Source: Malacoraja senta (taxonomy: Eukaryota). From it: 64,000 nt of DNA. The stretch covers positions 992,001-1,056,000 of the forward strand of contig CM075990.1 in assembly GCA_038087875.1 (NCBI GenBank). Direction: 5' to 3'. The notes below the pieces were generated by a model, which was not told the DNA's origin, made no database searches, and saw only the letters and a program-made list of their open reading frames with translations. The number at the start of each line of letters is the position of its first letter. The first letter of the stretch is position 1. Made by a program: the position numbers and the translations under genes. Shown in pieces: positions 12,151-24,669 of the stretch.

Positions 12151-12781
12151 TCTATTCCTTCCTCTGGCTTCACATTTTCACACATCTTCTCTCCTGGCCT
12201 CCTTATCTCATAGCCTTTTGTCTTTCCATCTCTGCCTTTGTCCACCTATATAGCAATCTAATGCCTCTCACCTGTATCCACCTATCACTCGCCAGGCTTT
12301 ATCTTGCCCCACCTCTCTTCCAACTTTCTCCATGTTCTCCAGAGACGCTGCCCGACCGCTGAGTTACACCAGCACTTTGTGTCTTTCTGTAGAAGGAGCT
12401 GCCTGTTTGGGGCGGTGTTTTGCTGCTTGCAGTGTGAGGCTGGTTACAGGCTACAGGGAATAAATGACCACAGTGATGTTATCTGGTCAGTGGCTCCGGT
12501 TAAACTGGAGCTGAGACCAACGCACATGAGGACATTGTTTTCATGACTGTATCAGCCTCATCTATTAATTGAAAGATCGAAAAACAGAGCACGGAAACAG
12601 GCCCTTCGGCCATCGAGTCCATGCCAACCAGTGATCACCCGTTCACACTAGTTCTATGTTATTCCATCCACTTTTTCATCCACTCCCTACACACTAAGGG
12701 CAATTTTTCAGAGGCCAATTAACTTACAAACATACACATTTAGTTTAGTTTAATTGTTTAGTTAAGTATGGAAACAGGCCC

Positions 12782-13545
12782 TACTATCTAAATGGTGTCA
12801 AGTTGGGAAAAGGGGAAGTACAACGGGATCTGGGGGTCCTTGTACATCAGTCATGAAAGTAAGCATGCAGGTACAGCAGGCAGTGAAGAAAGCGAATGGC
12901 ATGTTGGCCTTTATAACAAGAGGAATCGAATATAGGAGCAAAGAAGTCCTTCTGCAGTTGTACAGAGCCCTAGTGAGACCACACCTGGAGTATTGTGTGC
13001 AGTTTTGGTCCCCTAATTTGAGGAAGCACATTCTTGCTATTGAGGGAGTGCAGCGTAGGTTTACAAGGTTAATTCCCCGGGATGGCGGGACTGTCATATG
13101 CTGAGAGAATGGAGCAGCTGGGCTTGTACACTCTGGAGTTTGGAAGGATGAGAGGGTATCTCATTGAAACATATAAGATTGTTAAGGGCTTGGACACGCT
13201 AGAGGCAGGAAACATGTTCCCGATGTTGGGGGAGTCCAGAACCAGGGGCCACACACAGTTAAGAATAAGGAGTAAGCCATTTAGAACGGAGACGAGGTAA
13301 CACTTTTTCTCACAGAGAGTGGTGAGTCTGTGGAATTCTCTGCCTCAGAGGGCGGTGGAGGCAGGTTCTCTGGATGCTTTCAAGAAAGAACTAGATAGGG
13401 TTCTTAAAGATAGGGGAGTCAGGGGATATGGGGAGATGGCAGGAACGGGGTACTGATTGGGGATGATCAGCCATGATCACATTGAATGGCTGTGCTGGCT
13501 CGAAGGGCCGAATGGCCTACTCCTGCACCTATTGTCTATTGTCTT
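12782..13545 (+). mobile_element. CR1-clade LINE 3' fragment
   Basis: AVKKANGMLAFITRGIEYRS...LVRPHLEYCVQFWSP; (CTATTGT)n tail. Related pieces at 1-225, 19505-19905(-), 26275-26725, 28090-28615(-), 35545-35995(-) and 55283-55770. Confidence 0.88.
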
Positions 13546-14786
13546 TGGCCCCACAAATTCACACCAACCATTGATCACCCTTTCACACTAGTTCTATGTT
13601 ATCCCACTTTCCCATCCACCCCCATCACACTAGGGGTAATTTATTGAGGCTAATTAACCTACAAACCCGCACGTCTTGGGATGTGGGTGGAAATTGGAGC
13701 ACCCGGAGAAAACCCTCAGGGTCACAGAAGAATGTGCAAACTGCACACAGACAGCATCCGAGGTCAGGATCGAACCTGGGCCTGTGGCCCTGTGAAGCAG
13801 TGGCTCTACCAGCTGCTTGGAGTTACTCACTAATCATGGGTCACATCTTCCACATAGAAACACAGTGAGCAGGTTAACAGTGTGTCGTTGTGTGACAGGG
13901 AGGACATGGCCAGGCAGTATCCCAGTAATTCACGGACATCCTTATCCAGCCCCAATATCAGCAGAGCTCTTTAAGTAGCAGCCAGTAAGTGTCAGGAGAC
14001 CATAGACATTAATATCTCAGCGGGACAGGCAGCATCTCTGGAGAGAAGGAATGGGTGATGTTTCAGGTCAAGACCCTTCTTCAGACCAGTCGGGGAAAGG
14101 GAAACGAGAGAAATAGATGATGATGTAGAGAGATAAAGAACAAATGACTGAAAGATATGCAAAATCATACCACTGGTTGTAAGCTGCTCAAGCGAAATAT
14201 GAGACGCTGTTCCTCAATTTGCGATTAGCCCCACTCTGACAATGGAGGAGGCCGAGGACAGGAAGGTCAGTATGGAATGGGAAGGAGAATTGAAGTGTTT
14301 AGCATCCGAGAGATCAGGTAGTTCCAGGCGGACTGAGCGAAAGTGTTCGGCCAGTCTACGTTTGGTCTCGCCGATGTGTAAAAGTCTACATCTTGATACG
14401 GATACAAGAGTTTGAGGATGGGAAACTGAACAAACCAGATAACTGAGGTGCTGAAAAGATAATTGAATTCAAGGTACAGATGGCAAGTGATGTTTCAGGT
14501 TTGGGCACTTCTCCAGACTGAGGATCCCAACCCAAACCATTGTCTGTCCATTCCCTCCACAGATGCTGCCTGAACCGCTGAGTTCCTACTGAGTTCCTGA
14601 GCACTTAGTACTTTGCTAAAGATTCCAGCATCTGTGGTTCCTTGTGTCTCCAATAACTGAAGAGAGACACAAAATGCTGGAATAACTCAGCGGGTCAGGC
14701 TGCATCTCTGGAGAGAAGGAATGGGTGACATTTCTGGTTAAGACCCTTCTTCAGCCGTCTCCAATAATCCACTCTTTCTGTTTCAG

Positions 14787-14897
14787 GGAACATATGGCTT
14801 GTCCAAACCAAATTGCTTGAATGGACATTTTAAGAGGCTCTCGGATGGAAAAGAGTTCAGCGTGATGAGAGAAGTTAGTGGTGATACACTGGTGCAG
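14787..14897 (+). CDS. FABP2-like: FABP2-like coding exon 3
   Basis: ctttctgtttcag|GTYGLSKPNCLNGHFKRLSDGKEFSVMREVSGDTLVQ|gtaggt, phase 0/0. Aligns with FABP2 GTWSLEGNKLIGKFKRTDNGNELNTVREIIGDELVQ. Confidence 0.88.
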
Positions 14898-16558
14898 GTA
14901 GGTCATGGATGGATGAAGGTTTAGTGGAGTCCACTGCAAATTGGAAATTCTGGTGGTTTGGGCTTGGGACAGGCGAGGCTTGTGGATGAAGCCACCCTCG
15001 TCCCACAATAGAAACTTGGGGTGGCACAGTGGCGCAACAGTAGCGCTTCCGCCTCACAGTACCAGAGACCTAGGTTCAATCCTGACTTTGGGTGTTGTTT
15101 GTGTGGAGTTTGCACGTTCTCCTGTGACCACATGGGTTGTCTCCAGTGCGCCAGTTTCCGCCAAAGACGTGCAGGTTTGTAAGTTAATTGGCTTCTGTAG
15201 TGTGTAGGATAACCATATAACCATATAACCATATAACAATTACAGCATGGAAACAGGCCATCTCGGCCCTTCTAGTCCGTGCCGAACACTCTCACCTAGT
15301 CCCATCTACCTGCACTCAGACCATAACCCTCCATTCCTTTCCCGTCCATAGACCTATCACCAGCGCTAGTGTACAGGGTGATCATTGGTCGGCATGGACT
15401 CGATGGGCCGAAGGGCATGTTTCCGTGCTGTATCTCTGAACTAAACTAAACTAAACTAATACAATGAAGATGCCAGGACACTCATAGGGCCAAGTTGCAG
15501 GAATGAGGGATATGGATCATGTGCAGACAAAGTAGAGTTGGTCTTGGAATGATGTTCAGGACAGACATTGAGGGCCGAAGAGCCTGTTCCTGTGCTGTAC
15601 TGTTCTATGTTCTATGCCTCGGTAATTGTGGACATCGTGTGAAATGATATGGAGGAAGTGAAAGAGAAAAGCCTATCCAAAGCCTCTTAAACGCCACTAT
15701 CGTATCTGCCTCACCACCAACTCTGGCAAATGGCAGTGTATTCCAGGTACCAGCACCCAGCGCAAAGACAATGCATGATTACAATCAATATCAATCAATA
15801 TCAATAACAGTTTTATTCGTCACTTTCACATAAAGTGCAAGTGAATTAATTTGCCAGCAGCGGTACAATGAAAAAAGAACACAATACACAATCAAAATGT
15901 AACACAAACACCCCACCACAGCATTCATCACTGTGATGGAAGGCACACAATCTGGCCTGTCCTCCTCCATTTTCCCCCCTGGTCGGGACCTCAACCCTCC
16001 TCAGCCGCCGCTGCGGGCGTCCAGATGTTCAGAGCCATCCACAGTGTAGAGCTACATGTTAAAAGGAATAACATGAATAATGTTTAGTGCAAGATAAAGC
16101 CAGTAAAGTCTGATTAAAAATAGTCCGAGGGTCTTCAATGAGGTACATAGTAGTTCAGGACCGCTCTCTAGTTGGTGATAGGATGGTTCAGTTGCCTGAT
16201 GACAGCTGGGAAGAAACTATCACTGAATCTGGAGGTAGATAAAAAAACTGGAGAAACTCAGCGGGTGAGGCAGCATTTATGGAGCGAAGGAAATAGGCGA
16301 CGTTTGCCTCACCCGCTGAGTTTCTCCAGCATTTTTGTCTACCTTCGATTTTTCCAGCATCTGCAGTTCTTTCTTAAACACTGAATGTGGAGGTGTGTGT
16401 TTTCACACCTCTGTACCTTTTGCCCGATGGGAGAGGGAGAAGAGGGAGTGACCGGGGTGAGACTGGTCCTTCATTATGCTGCTGGCCTTGCCGAGGCAGC
16501 GTGAGGTGAAAATGGAGGCATCTTGCTCTTAACCAAATATATTTTCCTTCAAATGTAG

Positions 16559-16609
16559 GTGATTAAGATCGATGGACAGGAAGCCAAAAGAATCTTCAAG
16601 AAAAAATAA
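16559..16609 (+). CDS. FABP2-like: FABP2-like coding exon 4
   Basis: ttttccttcaaatgtag|VIKIDGQEAKRIFKKK* (51 nt). Matches the FABP2 C-terminus EGVEAKRIFKKD*. Confidence 0.88.
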   Translation: MIKIDGQEAKRIFKKK

Positions 16610-16824
16610 AGCAGCAGAGTTGAGAGGTGCCGTCAGGATTCAAATATAAAACAGTGCCAATGTACAACTCAATGTAGTGCATCGTGTGTGCCAACTATAT
16701 TCAGCAGCTGTTTAATCAGCTTCTATTTACTGATCTGATGTGCAAGTTTTACTGCATAATTCCATGAGCTGTAAATGAGCATTGATGAATGGCATTATGC
16801 AAACAGGTGATCTTCTGCTTAACC

Positions 16825-16830
16825 AATAAA
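16825..16830 (+). terminator. Candidate polyadenylation signal of the FABP2-like gene
   Basis: AATAAA about 215 nt after the stop codon, in non-repeat sequence. Confidence 0.5.
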
Positions 16831-17551
16831 AAGGTGGAGGAAGTGATGCCAATCTTGCTTTGTTATTCTGTGCTGGGCCGGACACTGGGTATTTAGTTTC
16901 GTTAGATCAGAGATACAGCGTGGAAATAGGCCCTCCACACTCTAGCACTATCCCACACACTAGGGGCAATTTACAATTTGTACTGAAGGCAATTAACCTA
17001 CAAACCTGTATGTCTTTGGAGTGTGGGAGGGAACTGGAACACTCAGAGAAAACCCACGCAGTCACAGGGAGAACATACAAGCTCCGTACAGACAGCACCC
17101 ATAGTCAGGATCGAACCCGGGTCTCTGGCGCTGTAAGGCAGCAACTCTACCGCTGCGCCACTGTGCCGTCCTAATCTCTGCTGCCTGCACGTGATACATA
17201 TCCCTCTTATTCCCTGCATATCCACGTGCCTGTCTAAAAGCCTCATATGCCAGTGTTGTATCTGCTTTCACCACCAACCTTGGCAATGCGTTCCGGGCCT
17301 TCACCATTCTGTGTAAAAAAAACTTGTGCCACGCATCTCAATTAAACTTTGTCCCTCTCATCTTAAAGCTATGCCCTGTGTCATTTCCCCCTGAGAAAAA
17401 AGTTCTGATTGTCTACCCTACCTATGCCTCTCATCATTTTTAATATACTTCTATCAGGTCGACCCATAACTTACGATGCCCCATAGAAAACAATCAAGTC
17501 TGTCCAACCTCTCCCTGTAGCTAGCACCCCTCATCCAGGCAGCCTTCCTCC

Positions 17552-17951
17552 CAAAGATCCTATAGAGGAGCAAGATAGATCACTCCTGCTAAATGCAATG
17601 GGCTGACGTGTAGTACGCAACGGAGCGGAACGTGGGCCTTTTTTTCATCCATTTCAGTAACCCGACCCGACCCGACCCGACTCGCAGTGTAATCAGCGTT
17701 GCAGGGGAACAGTTTGTGTCAATAAATTAAAATTCTGAAAATGAGGAGAAGATTTTTCCCAAATAACTTTTATTTTTACGAGGATGTTTCTGTAACCGGC
17801 TTCCGTCTCCGCACTATTATCCTGTGGGATCTTTGGTGTGGAGACGGAAGCCAGTTACGGAAATGGGGCCGAAAATTACCCATGAATCTGCCCATGACCG
17901 TACTACATCTTCTTCGTCGAGTGGTCTATCTTGCTCGCTATAGGATCTTTG
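17552..17951. mobile_element. hAT-type MITE (400 bp)
   Basis: About 35-bp TIR starting CAAAGATCCTATAG; 8-bp TSD CTTCCTCC (17544-17551 and 17952-17959). Confidence 0.9.
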
Positions 17952-18574
17952 CTTCCTCCTCTGCTCCCTCTCGAAGAGTCCACATCCTTCCTGTAATGGG
18001 AGCGACCAGATCTGCATGCAATACACCAAATGTGGACTGAGCAAAGATTTACGTAGCTACAACATGACTTCCTGAGTCATATCTCAATGCCCTGACCGAT
18101 GAAGGCAAGCATACCATACGCCTCTTACCATTCTATCTATTTGCGTTACCACTTTCAGGAAATTCTGGACTTGGACCCAGATGTCCCTCTGTACGTCAAT
18201 AATGTTAAAGGTCCATTAACAGTATGCATTCCCCCTTACATTTGACCTCCTAAAGTGCACCACCTCAAACTTGCTCGGATTAAACTCCATCTGCCATTGC
18301 TCTGCCCATTTCTGCAGCTGATCTATATCCCACTGTACTGACAATCTTCCTCACTGTCTGCAACCTCATCATTTGTGTGTCATCTGCAGACTACTCACTA
18401 ATCCATTTACGTTTAGGAACATTCTCACGGCTCTACCACCGAGCTCTACCTGGAGGTGAACCCAATGAGTTCACAAATTATTGGAGTAGAAATAGGCCGT
18501 TCGGCCCATCGAGTCTATGTCATTCAATCATGGCTGATCTCTAGCTCTTAATCCAATTTTCTTGCCTTATACAA

Positions 18575-19373
18575 AATACAATCCTCTGACATTTTCGCCA
18601 CCTCCAGCGAGAACCTCCCACTGGCCACATCTTCCCATCTCACCCCTTTCTGCTTTCCATAGAGACCATTGCCTCTGTACTCCCCGGTCAATTCGTCCCT
18701 TCCTATCCAACACCCCTCCCTGGTACTTTTCCCTGCAACAGCAGGAAATGCTACACCTGTCGCTTTACCTCCCCCCACGACTCCATCCACGGACCCAAAC
18801 AGTCTTTCCAAGTGAGGCAGAGGTTCACCTGCACCTCCTCCAACCTCATCTATTGCATCTGCTGTCATAGGTGTCACCTTCTCTACATCGGCGAGACCAA
18901 GCGTAGGCTCGGCGACCCCTTCGCCCAACACCTCCGCTCAGTCCGTGCTAACCAACCTGATCTCCCGTTTGCCCAGCACTTCAACTCCTCCTCCCCATTC
19001 TGAATCTGACCTTTCTGTCCTGGCCTCCTCCATTGCTACAGTGAGGCCCAGCGTAAATTGGAGGAACAGCACCTCATATTTCGCTTGGGTAGTTTACACC
19101 CAGCGGTATGAACATCGATTTCTCTAATTTCAGGTATTCCTTGCTTTCTCCCTCCTTCACCTCCCCTTCCCAGCTCTCCCACAGCCCACTGTCTCCGCCT
19201 CTTCCTTTCTTTTTCGCGCTCCCCCCCCCCCCCCCACAACATCAGTCTGAAGAAGTGTCTCGACCCAAAACGTCGCCTACTCCTTTTCTCCATAGATGCT
19301 GCCTGACCCGCTAAGTTTCTCCAGCATTTTTTGTCTACTTTCGATTTTTCCAGCATCTGCAGTTCCTTCTTAA
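18575..19373 (+). mobile_element. Penelope-like element 3' fragment (GIY-YIG and pseudo-LTR)
   Basis: RQRFTCTSSNLIYCICCHRCHLLYIGETKRRLGD...FAQHFNS; same terminal repeat as 58932-59130. Confidence 0.88.
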
Positions 19374-20945
19374 ACAGTCATAGGGACAACGTACAAACTC
19401 CACACACAACAGCACCTGAGGTCAGGGTCAAACCCGGGTATCTGGCGCTGTGAGGCAGCAGCTCCACCAGTTGATTTTGTCTTGCTTCTGGAAAGCTCAA
19501 TGAGACAATAGACAATAGACAATAGGTGCAGGAGTAGGCCATTCGGCCCTTCGAGCCATTCAATGTGATCATGGCTGATCATCCCCAATCAGAACCCCGT
19601 TCCTGCCTTCTCCCCATATCCCCTATCTTTAAGAGCCCTATCTAGCTCTCTCTTGAAAGCATCCGAGGCAGAGAATTCCACAGACTCACCACTCTCTGTG
19701 AGAAAAAGTGTTTCCTCATCTCTGTTCTAAATGGCTTACTCCTTATTCTTAAACTGTGGCCCCTGGTTCTGGACTTCCCCAACATCGGGAACATGTTTCC
19801 TGCCTCTAGCGTGTCCAAACCCCTAACAATCTTATATGTTTCAATGAGATTCCCACTCATCCTTCTAAACTCCAGAGTGTACAAGCCCAGCTGCTCCATT
19901 CTCTCATGAGATGTCATTCACTAAGCCTTTATATTAGACCTCAGATACTGTCTGTGTGGTGTCTACATGTTCTCCCTGTTTCCTCCGGGTGCTCCAGTTT
20001 CTTCCCACATCCCAAAGACGTGCGGGTTTGTAGGGTAATTGGCCCTCTGTAATTTGCCCCTGGTGTGTAGGGAGTGTGTAGAATTAGTGTGTGAATGGGT
20101 GATCGATGGTCAGCATGGACTCGGGGGGCTGAGGGGCCTGTTTCCATGCTGTATATCTGAACTAAACTGAACTAAATGTGCAGAAAGGAACAAGCAGATG
20201 CTGGTATATATCAAAGATAGACAGAAAGTGCTGGAGTAACTCAGCGGGTCTGGCAGCATCTCTGGGGAAAAATGATGGGTAACGATATAGGTCGGGATCC
20301 TTCTTTAGTCTGAAAGTGGAGTCACGAAACATCACCCATCCTTTTTCTCCAGAGATGCTGCCAGACCCGCTGAGTTACTCCAGCAGTGTGTGTCTGTCTT
20401 CGGGAAACGGAACAAAATCTCTCTCTTTCTCTAAGCTCCCCCTGCTGAGCAAACCTCTGTGGTCGGGCCACACTGCCTCTGGCATCCTGCTGTTGTATCC
20501 TGTTGCGTTCCTGCTGTGTTTGCTCAGGCTGCACGTGATGCTGGCTCTGAGTTACTGCAGTTTGCTCAGTGCTGGCTCGGTGCATTACCCACTCCGATGT
20601 TTAAACATCGAGGTCAACATCCACTCTGCACTCTGATTGCAAACATGCACCTTCTCATAAGTTCATAAGTGATAGGAGCAGAATTGGGCCATTCGGCCAT
20701 TGTTTACTCTGCCATTCAATCATGGCTGATCTACCTCTCACTCCTAACCCCATTCTCCTGCCTTCTCCCCATAACCCATGACACCATACTAATCAAGAAT
20801 CTATCCATCTCTGCCTTAAAAATATCCATTGACTTAGCCTCCACAGCCTTCTGTGGAAAAGAACTCCACAGGTTCCACCCTCTAACTAAATAAATCCCTC
20901 CTCAACTCCTACCTAAAGGAACGTCCTTTTTTTTCTGAGACTAGG

Positions 20946-21797
20946 TCAGATTCAGATTCAGATTCAGATTCCTTTATTGTCATTCAGACCTTTCGGTCTG
21001 AACGAAATTTCGTTGCCTGCAGTCATACACATAATAATAAATAACAAAACACACAATAAACACAAATTAACATCCACCACAGTGAGTTCACCAGGCACCT
21101 CCTCACTGTGATGGAGGCAAAAGTCTTAGTCTCTGTCTCTTCCCTCTTTGTTCTCCCTCTGCGCTGAGGCGATCCAGGCTTCTGATGTTGTGGACCAGCC
21201 GGGTGATGGTAAGTCAGTCCCGCGGCTGAATCCGTGCTCCGTCCGCGACGGGCCGGTTAAAACTCCGCGGCCCGGGGTGGCTGAAGCTGCCGAAGCTGCC
21301 GCCCTCCAGTCCAGCGGATGCAGCTGTAGTTGCGGGAGCCCCAGAAAAACAGGTCACCCACCTGTGACCTGCGAGCTCCCGACGATGTCGTCCACTGGGC
21401 CCGCGGCCGAGCCTCCGGACTCAGGTCACCACCAGCGTCCTCAGTCGCCACCGCCGGAACGCCACCGCAACCCTGAAGCCGGCCAGCTCCGCGCTGGTAA
21501 GTCCTGGCTCTGCCTCCGGAGCCTCGAGGTCGGTCGGTCGCAGTTGGAGTTGGAGGCCGGCAGCTCCGCCATTTTGGCCTCAGCGCAGACGGAGGCAGAG
21601 AAGTGGATACGACAAGAAAAAGTCGCATTTCCCCCGAAGGAAGAGACAAAAATCATGTTTCACCCCCCCCCCACCCCACACGTACACAACACAATAAACC
21701 TAAATTTAACTAAAACAAGACAAAAGAAAACAACAAAAAAAGTAAAAACAGACGGACTGCAGGCGAGCCGCAGCCGTGCAAACAGCCCCGCCACGTC
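20946..21797 (-). mobile_element. GC-rich non-coding retroposon with microsatellite tail (unclassified)
   Basis: (TGAATC)n 3' tail; interrupts a CR1 3' fragment; architecture shared with 33063-33945 and 2278-2833. Confidence 0.6.
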
Positions 21798-21867
21798 TGG
21801 TCCTAGACTCTCCCACTAGTGGAAACATCCTGTCCACATCCACTTTATCTAGGCCTTTCTCCCAGCC

Positions 21868-22878
21868 AAGTCAAGTCAAGAGAGTTTATTGTCATGTGTC
21901 CCAGATAGGACAATGAAATTCTTGCTTGCTGCAGCACAATAGAGTGTTGTAAGCATAAATACAGAACAGTTCAATGTGTCTATATAGCATAGGCCATATA
22001 TATATATACATAAATAAACAGATACAATGCAATAGGCTGTTATAATTCAAAGTTTGTTTGATGGCAAGTTTAATAGTCTGATGGCTGTGGGGAAGAAGCT
22101 GTTCCTGAATCTGGATGTTGCAGATTTCAGGCTCCTGTACCTTCTACATGATGGCAGCGGAGAGATGAGTGTGTGGCCAGGATGGTGTGGGTCTATGATG
22201 ATGTTGGCAGCCTTTTTGAGGCAGCGACTGCGATAGATCCCTTCGATGGTGGGGAGGTCAGAGCCGATGATGGACTGGGCAGTGGTGACAACTTTCTGCA
22301 TTCTTTTCCACTCCTGGATGTTCAAGTTGCCGAACCAAGCCACGATGCAACCGGTCAGTATGCTCTCTACTGTGCACCTGTAGAAGTTCGAGAGAGTCCT
22401 CTTTGACATACCGACTCTCCGTAATCTTCTCAGGAAGTAGAGGCGCTGATGTGCTTTCTTTATAATTGCATCAGTGTGCTGGGACTAGGAAAGATCTTCG
22501 GAAATATGCACGCCCAGGAATTTGAAGTTCTTGACCCTTTCCACCACCATTCCACCGTTGATATAAACGGGATTGTGGGTCCCTATCCTATCCCTTCCAA
22601 AGTCCACAATCAGTTCCTTGGTTTTGCTGGTGTTGAGAGCCAGGTTATTGTGCTGGCACCATTTGGTCTATCGGTCGATCTCACTTCTATACTCTGACTC
22701 GTCACCATCAGTGATTCGTCCCACAACAGTGGTGTCATCAGCAAACTTGATGATGGAGTTCGCACTATGTCCAGCTACGCAGTCATGAGTATAGAGTGAG
22801 TACAGCAGGGGGCTGAGCACGCAGCCTTGAGGTGCTTCCGTGCTGATTGTTATCGGGGATGACACATTTTCACCAATC
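21868..22878 (-). mobile_element. Rex1/Babar-type LINE, 3' part
   Basis: PQGCVLSPLLYSLYTHDC...KFADDTTVVG and FYRCTVESILTGCIVAWFGN...RFRNSFFPTAIRLLN; (ACTTG)n tail. Confidence 0.85.
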
Positions 22879-22879
22879 A

Positions 22880-24060
22880 AAAAATGTATTCAATTATTAA
22901 AAAATAATATTTACACTACAATAAAACAAGCCAGAACCCGCCTCCATAATACAATACAAACATATATCCATAATAAACTACTATACAACTACGTTACTAT
23001 CCTTATTGAGGATACATTCAACACCCTGCGGAGCCCAGCGGTCCTGGAACTCCCCCAGGGTGCCCGTGGACAGCGTGTATTCCCTTTCTAACCCCACCCG
23101 GGCACGGACGTATCCCCGGAAAAGGGGCAGGCAGCCGGCTCGGGTAGAGCCCTCCACCGCCTGGCGCCGTGACTCGCGGATGGCCAGCTTGGCCAGGCCC
23201 AGGAGCAACCCAACCAGGACATCTTTAGCCCTACCCTCTCCCCTACGCACAGGGTGTCCAAAGATGAGGATGGTGGGTGAAAAATGCAGCCAGAAGGCAA
23301 GGAGCAGCCCCTTTAGGTATTCACAGTGGCTGCAGCCTCATGCACTCCATGTACACGTGGTACACAGACTCTTCCAGCCCTCAAAAGTGGCAGGCGGCTG
23401 GCGAGTCTGTGAACCGCGAGAGAAACAGGTTGCAGGGAACACCTCGGTGCAATACCCTCCATCCCAGGTCCCCGATGTAGAGGGGGAGAATCCCTGCGTA
23501 GAGGGACCCCCACCGGGGGCCCCCCTCGTGACCGGAAGGCAACACCGACCGCCACTTGGTGTCTGGATGGTGGCCCAGGGCGAGGAAGTGCAGGGTGTGG
23601 AGGAGGAGCCCGTACAGGACACGCCTCCTGCGTCTCGGAGGGAGATGAAGGGTGTCGAGGAAAGGCGGCTCAAATTGTGTGGGGCCGGCTCCCGGGAAGG
23701 GTTATGGAGCCTGGGTCCGATGAATACCTCCGGCTGAGCGGGGGTTTGCCCAACCACAGGTACTCCACACGTCTGAGCCCCCCCTACACCCGGTGGGGCG
23801 GGACAAGGACTGGCTGCTCTCACGCCCGGGCCGTCACCCTCCGCCGGCGGAGGGGGGGCCCGGTCGACGGCAACCAGGTTCCAGACTGTTAACAAGTTCC
23901 TGTAGAAGCCGGGCATCCCATCAGGACCGCATGGCTGATGCCCACCATCGGGATCCGCGTACCTCCTTGAAGGCAGCGGCTCCGTTGGAAAAAGTGCGTC
24001 GCCAGCACGTGCCACCTGGGAGGATGTCCTGAGGCGGAGAGCCGCCAACTTGGTGCGAAT
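22880..24060 (-). mobile_element. Tx1/L1-like LINE 3' fragment nested in the Rex1 element
   Basis: GLLLGLAKLAIRESRR...LFRGYVRARVGLERE...FQDRWAPQG C-terminus; frameshifted. Confidence 0.7.
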
Positions 24061-24064
24061 GCAA

Positions 24065-24630
24065 GGTAACCAGCTTGGAGGGGATGATGGTGTTAAACGC
24101 CGAGCTGTAGTCAATGAATAACAGCCTGGCATATGAGTTTCTGTTGTCCAAGTGGTCCAGAGTGGAGTGGAGAGCCAGTGAGATCACATCCACCGTTGAC
24201 CTGTTGTGGCGGTAAGCGAACTGCAGAGGGTCCAGGTTCTTGTCGAGGTAGGCGTTGATATGCACCATAATCAACCTCTCAAGGCACTTCATCACCACAG
24301 ACGTTAGTGCCACTGGTCGATAGTCATTGAGGCACGTCACCTTGCCCTTCTTGGGCACCGGTATTATTGTTGCCCTTTTAAAGCAGGTGGGAACCTCAGA
24401 CCTCGGAAGTGAGAGGTTGAAAATATCCGTAAAAACTCCAGCCAGTTGGTCCCCACAGGTTTTTAGAACATGGCCGTGTATACTATCACGTCCAGGTGCT
24501 TTCCGAGGATTCACCCCCCTGAAGGATCTTCTGACGTCGGCCTGTGTGACTGTGACTGAAATACCATCACGGCAAATGGGGGCTTGGGAAGGCACATCAG
24601 TGTCCTCCCTATCAAAGCGTGCGTAAAGCC
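24065..24630 (-). mobile_element. Rex1/Babar-type LINE, RT N-terminal part
   Basis: KAPG...IIPVPKK...NDYRPVALTSVVMKCLERL...DPLQFAYR...LFIDYSSAFNTIIP. Confidence 0.88.
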
Positions 24631-24669
24631 AATGTTCTTTCTGATGATGATACCTTGCCACATACCTAG

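Noticed and set aside
11205..12362. ORFs of 100-270 aa on both strands
   Set aside because: They derive from the minisatellite and C-rich tract; the only real coding signal is FABP exon 2.
21148..21819. 223-aa ORF, and similar ORFs at 33311-33874
   Set aside because: GC-rich repeat interiors with no recognisable domain or splice structure.
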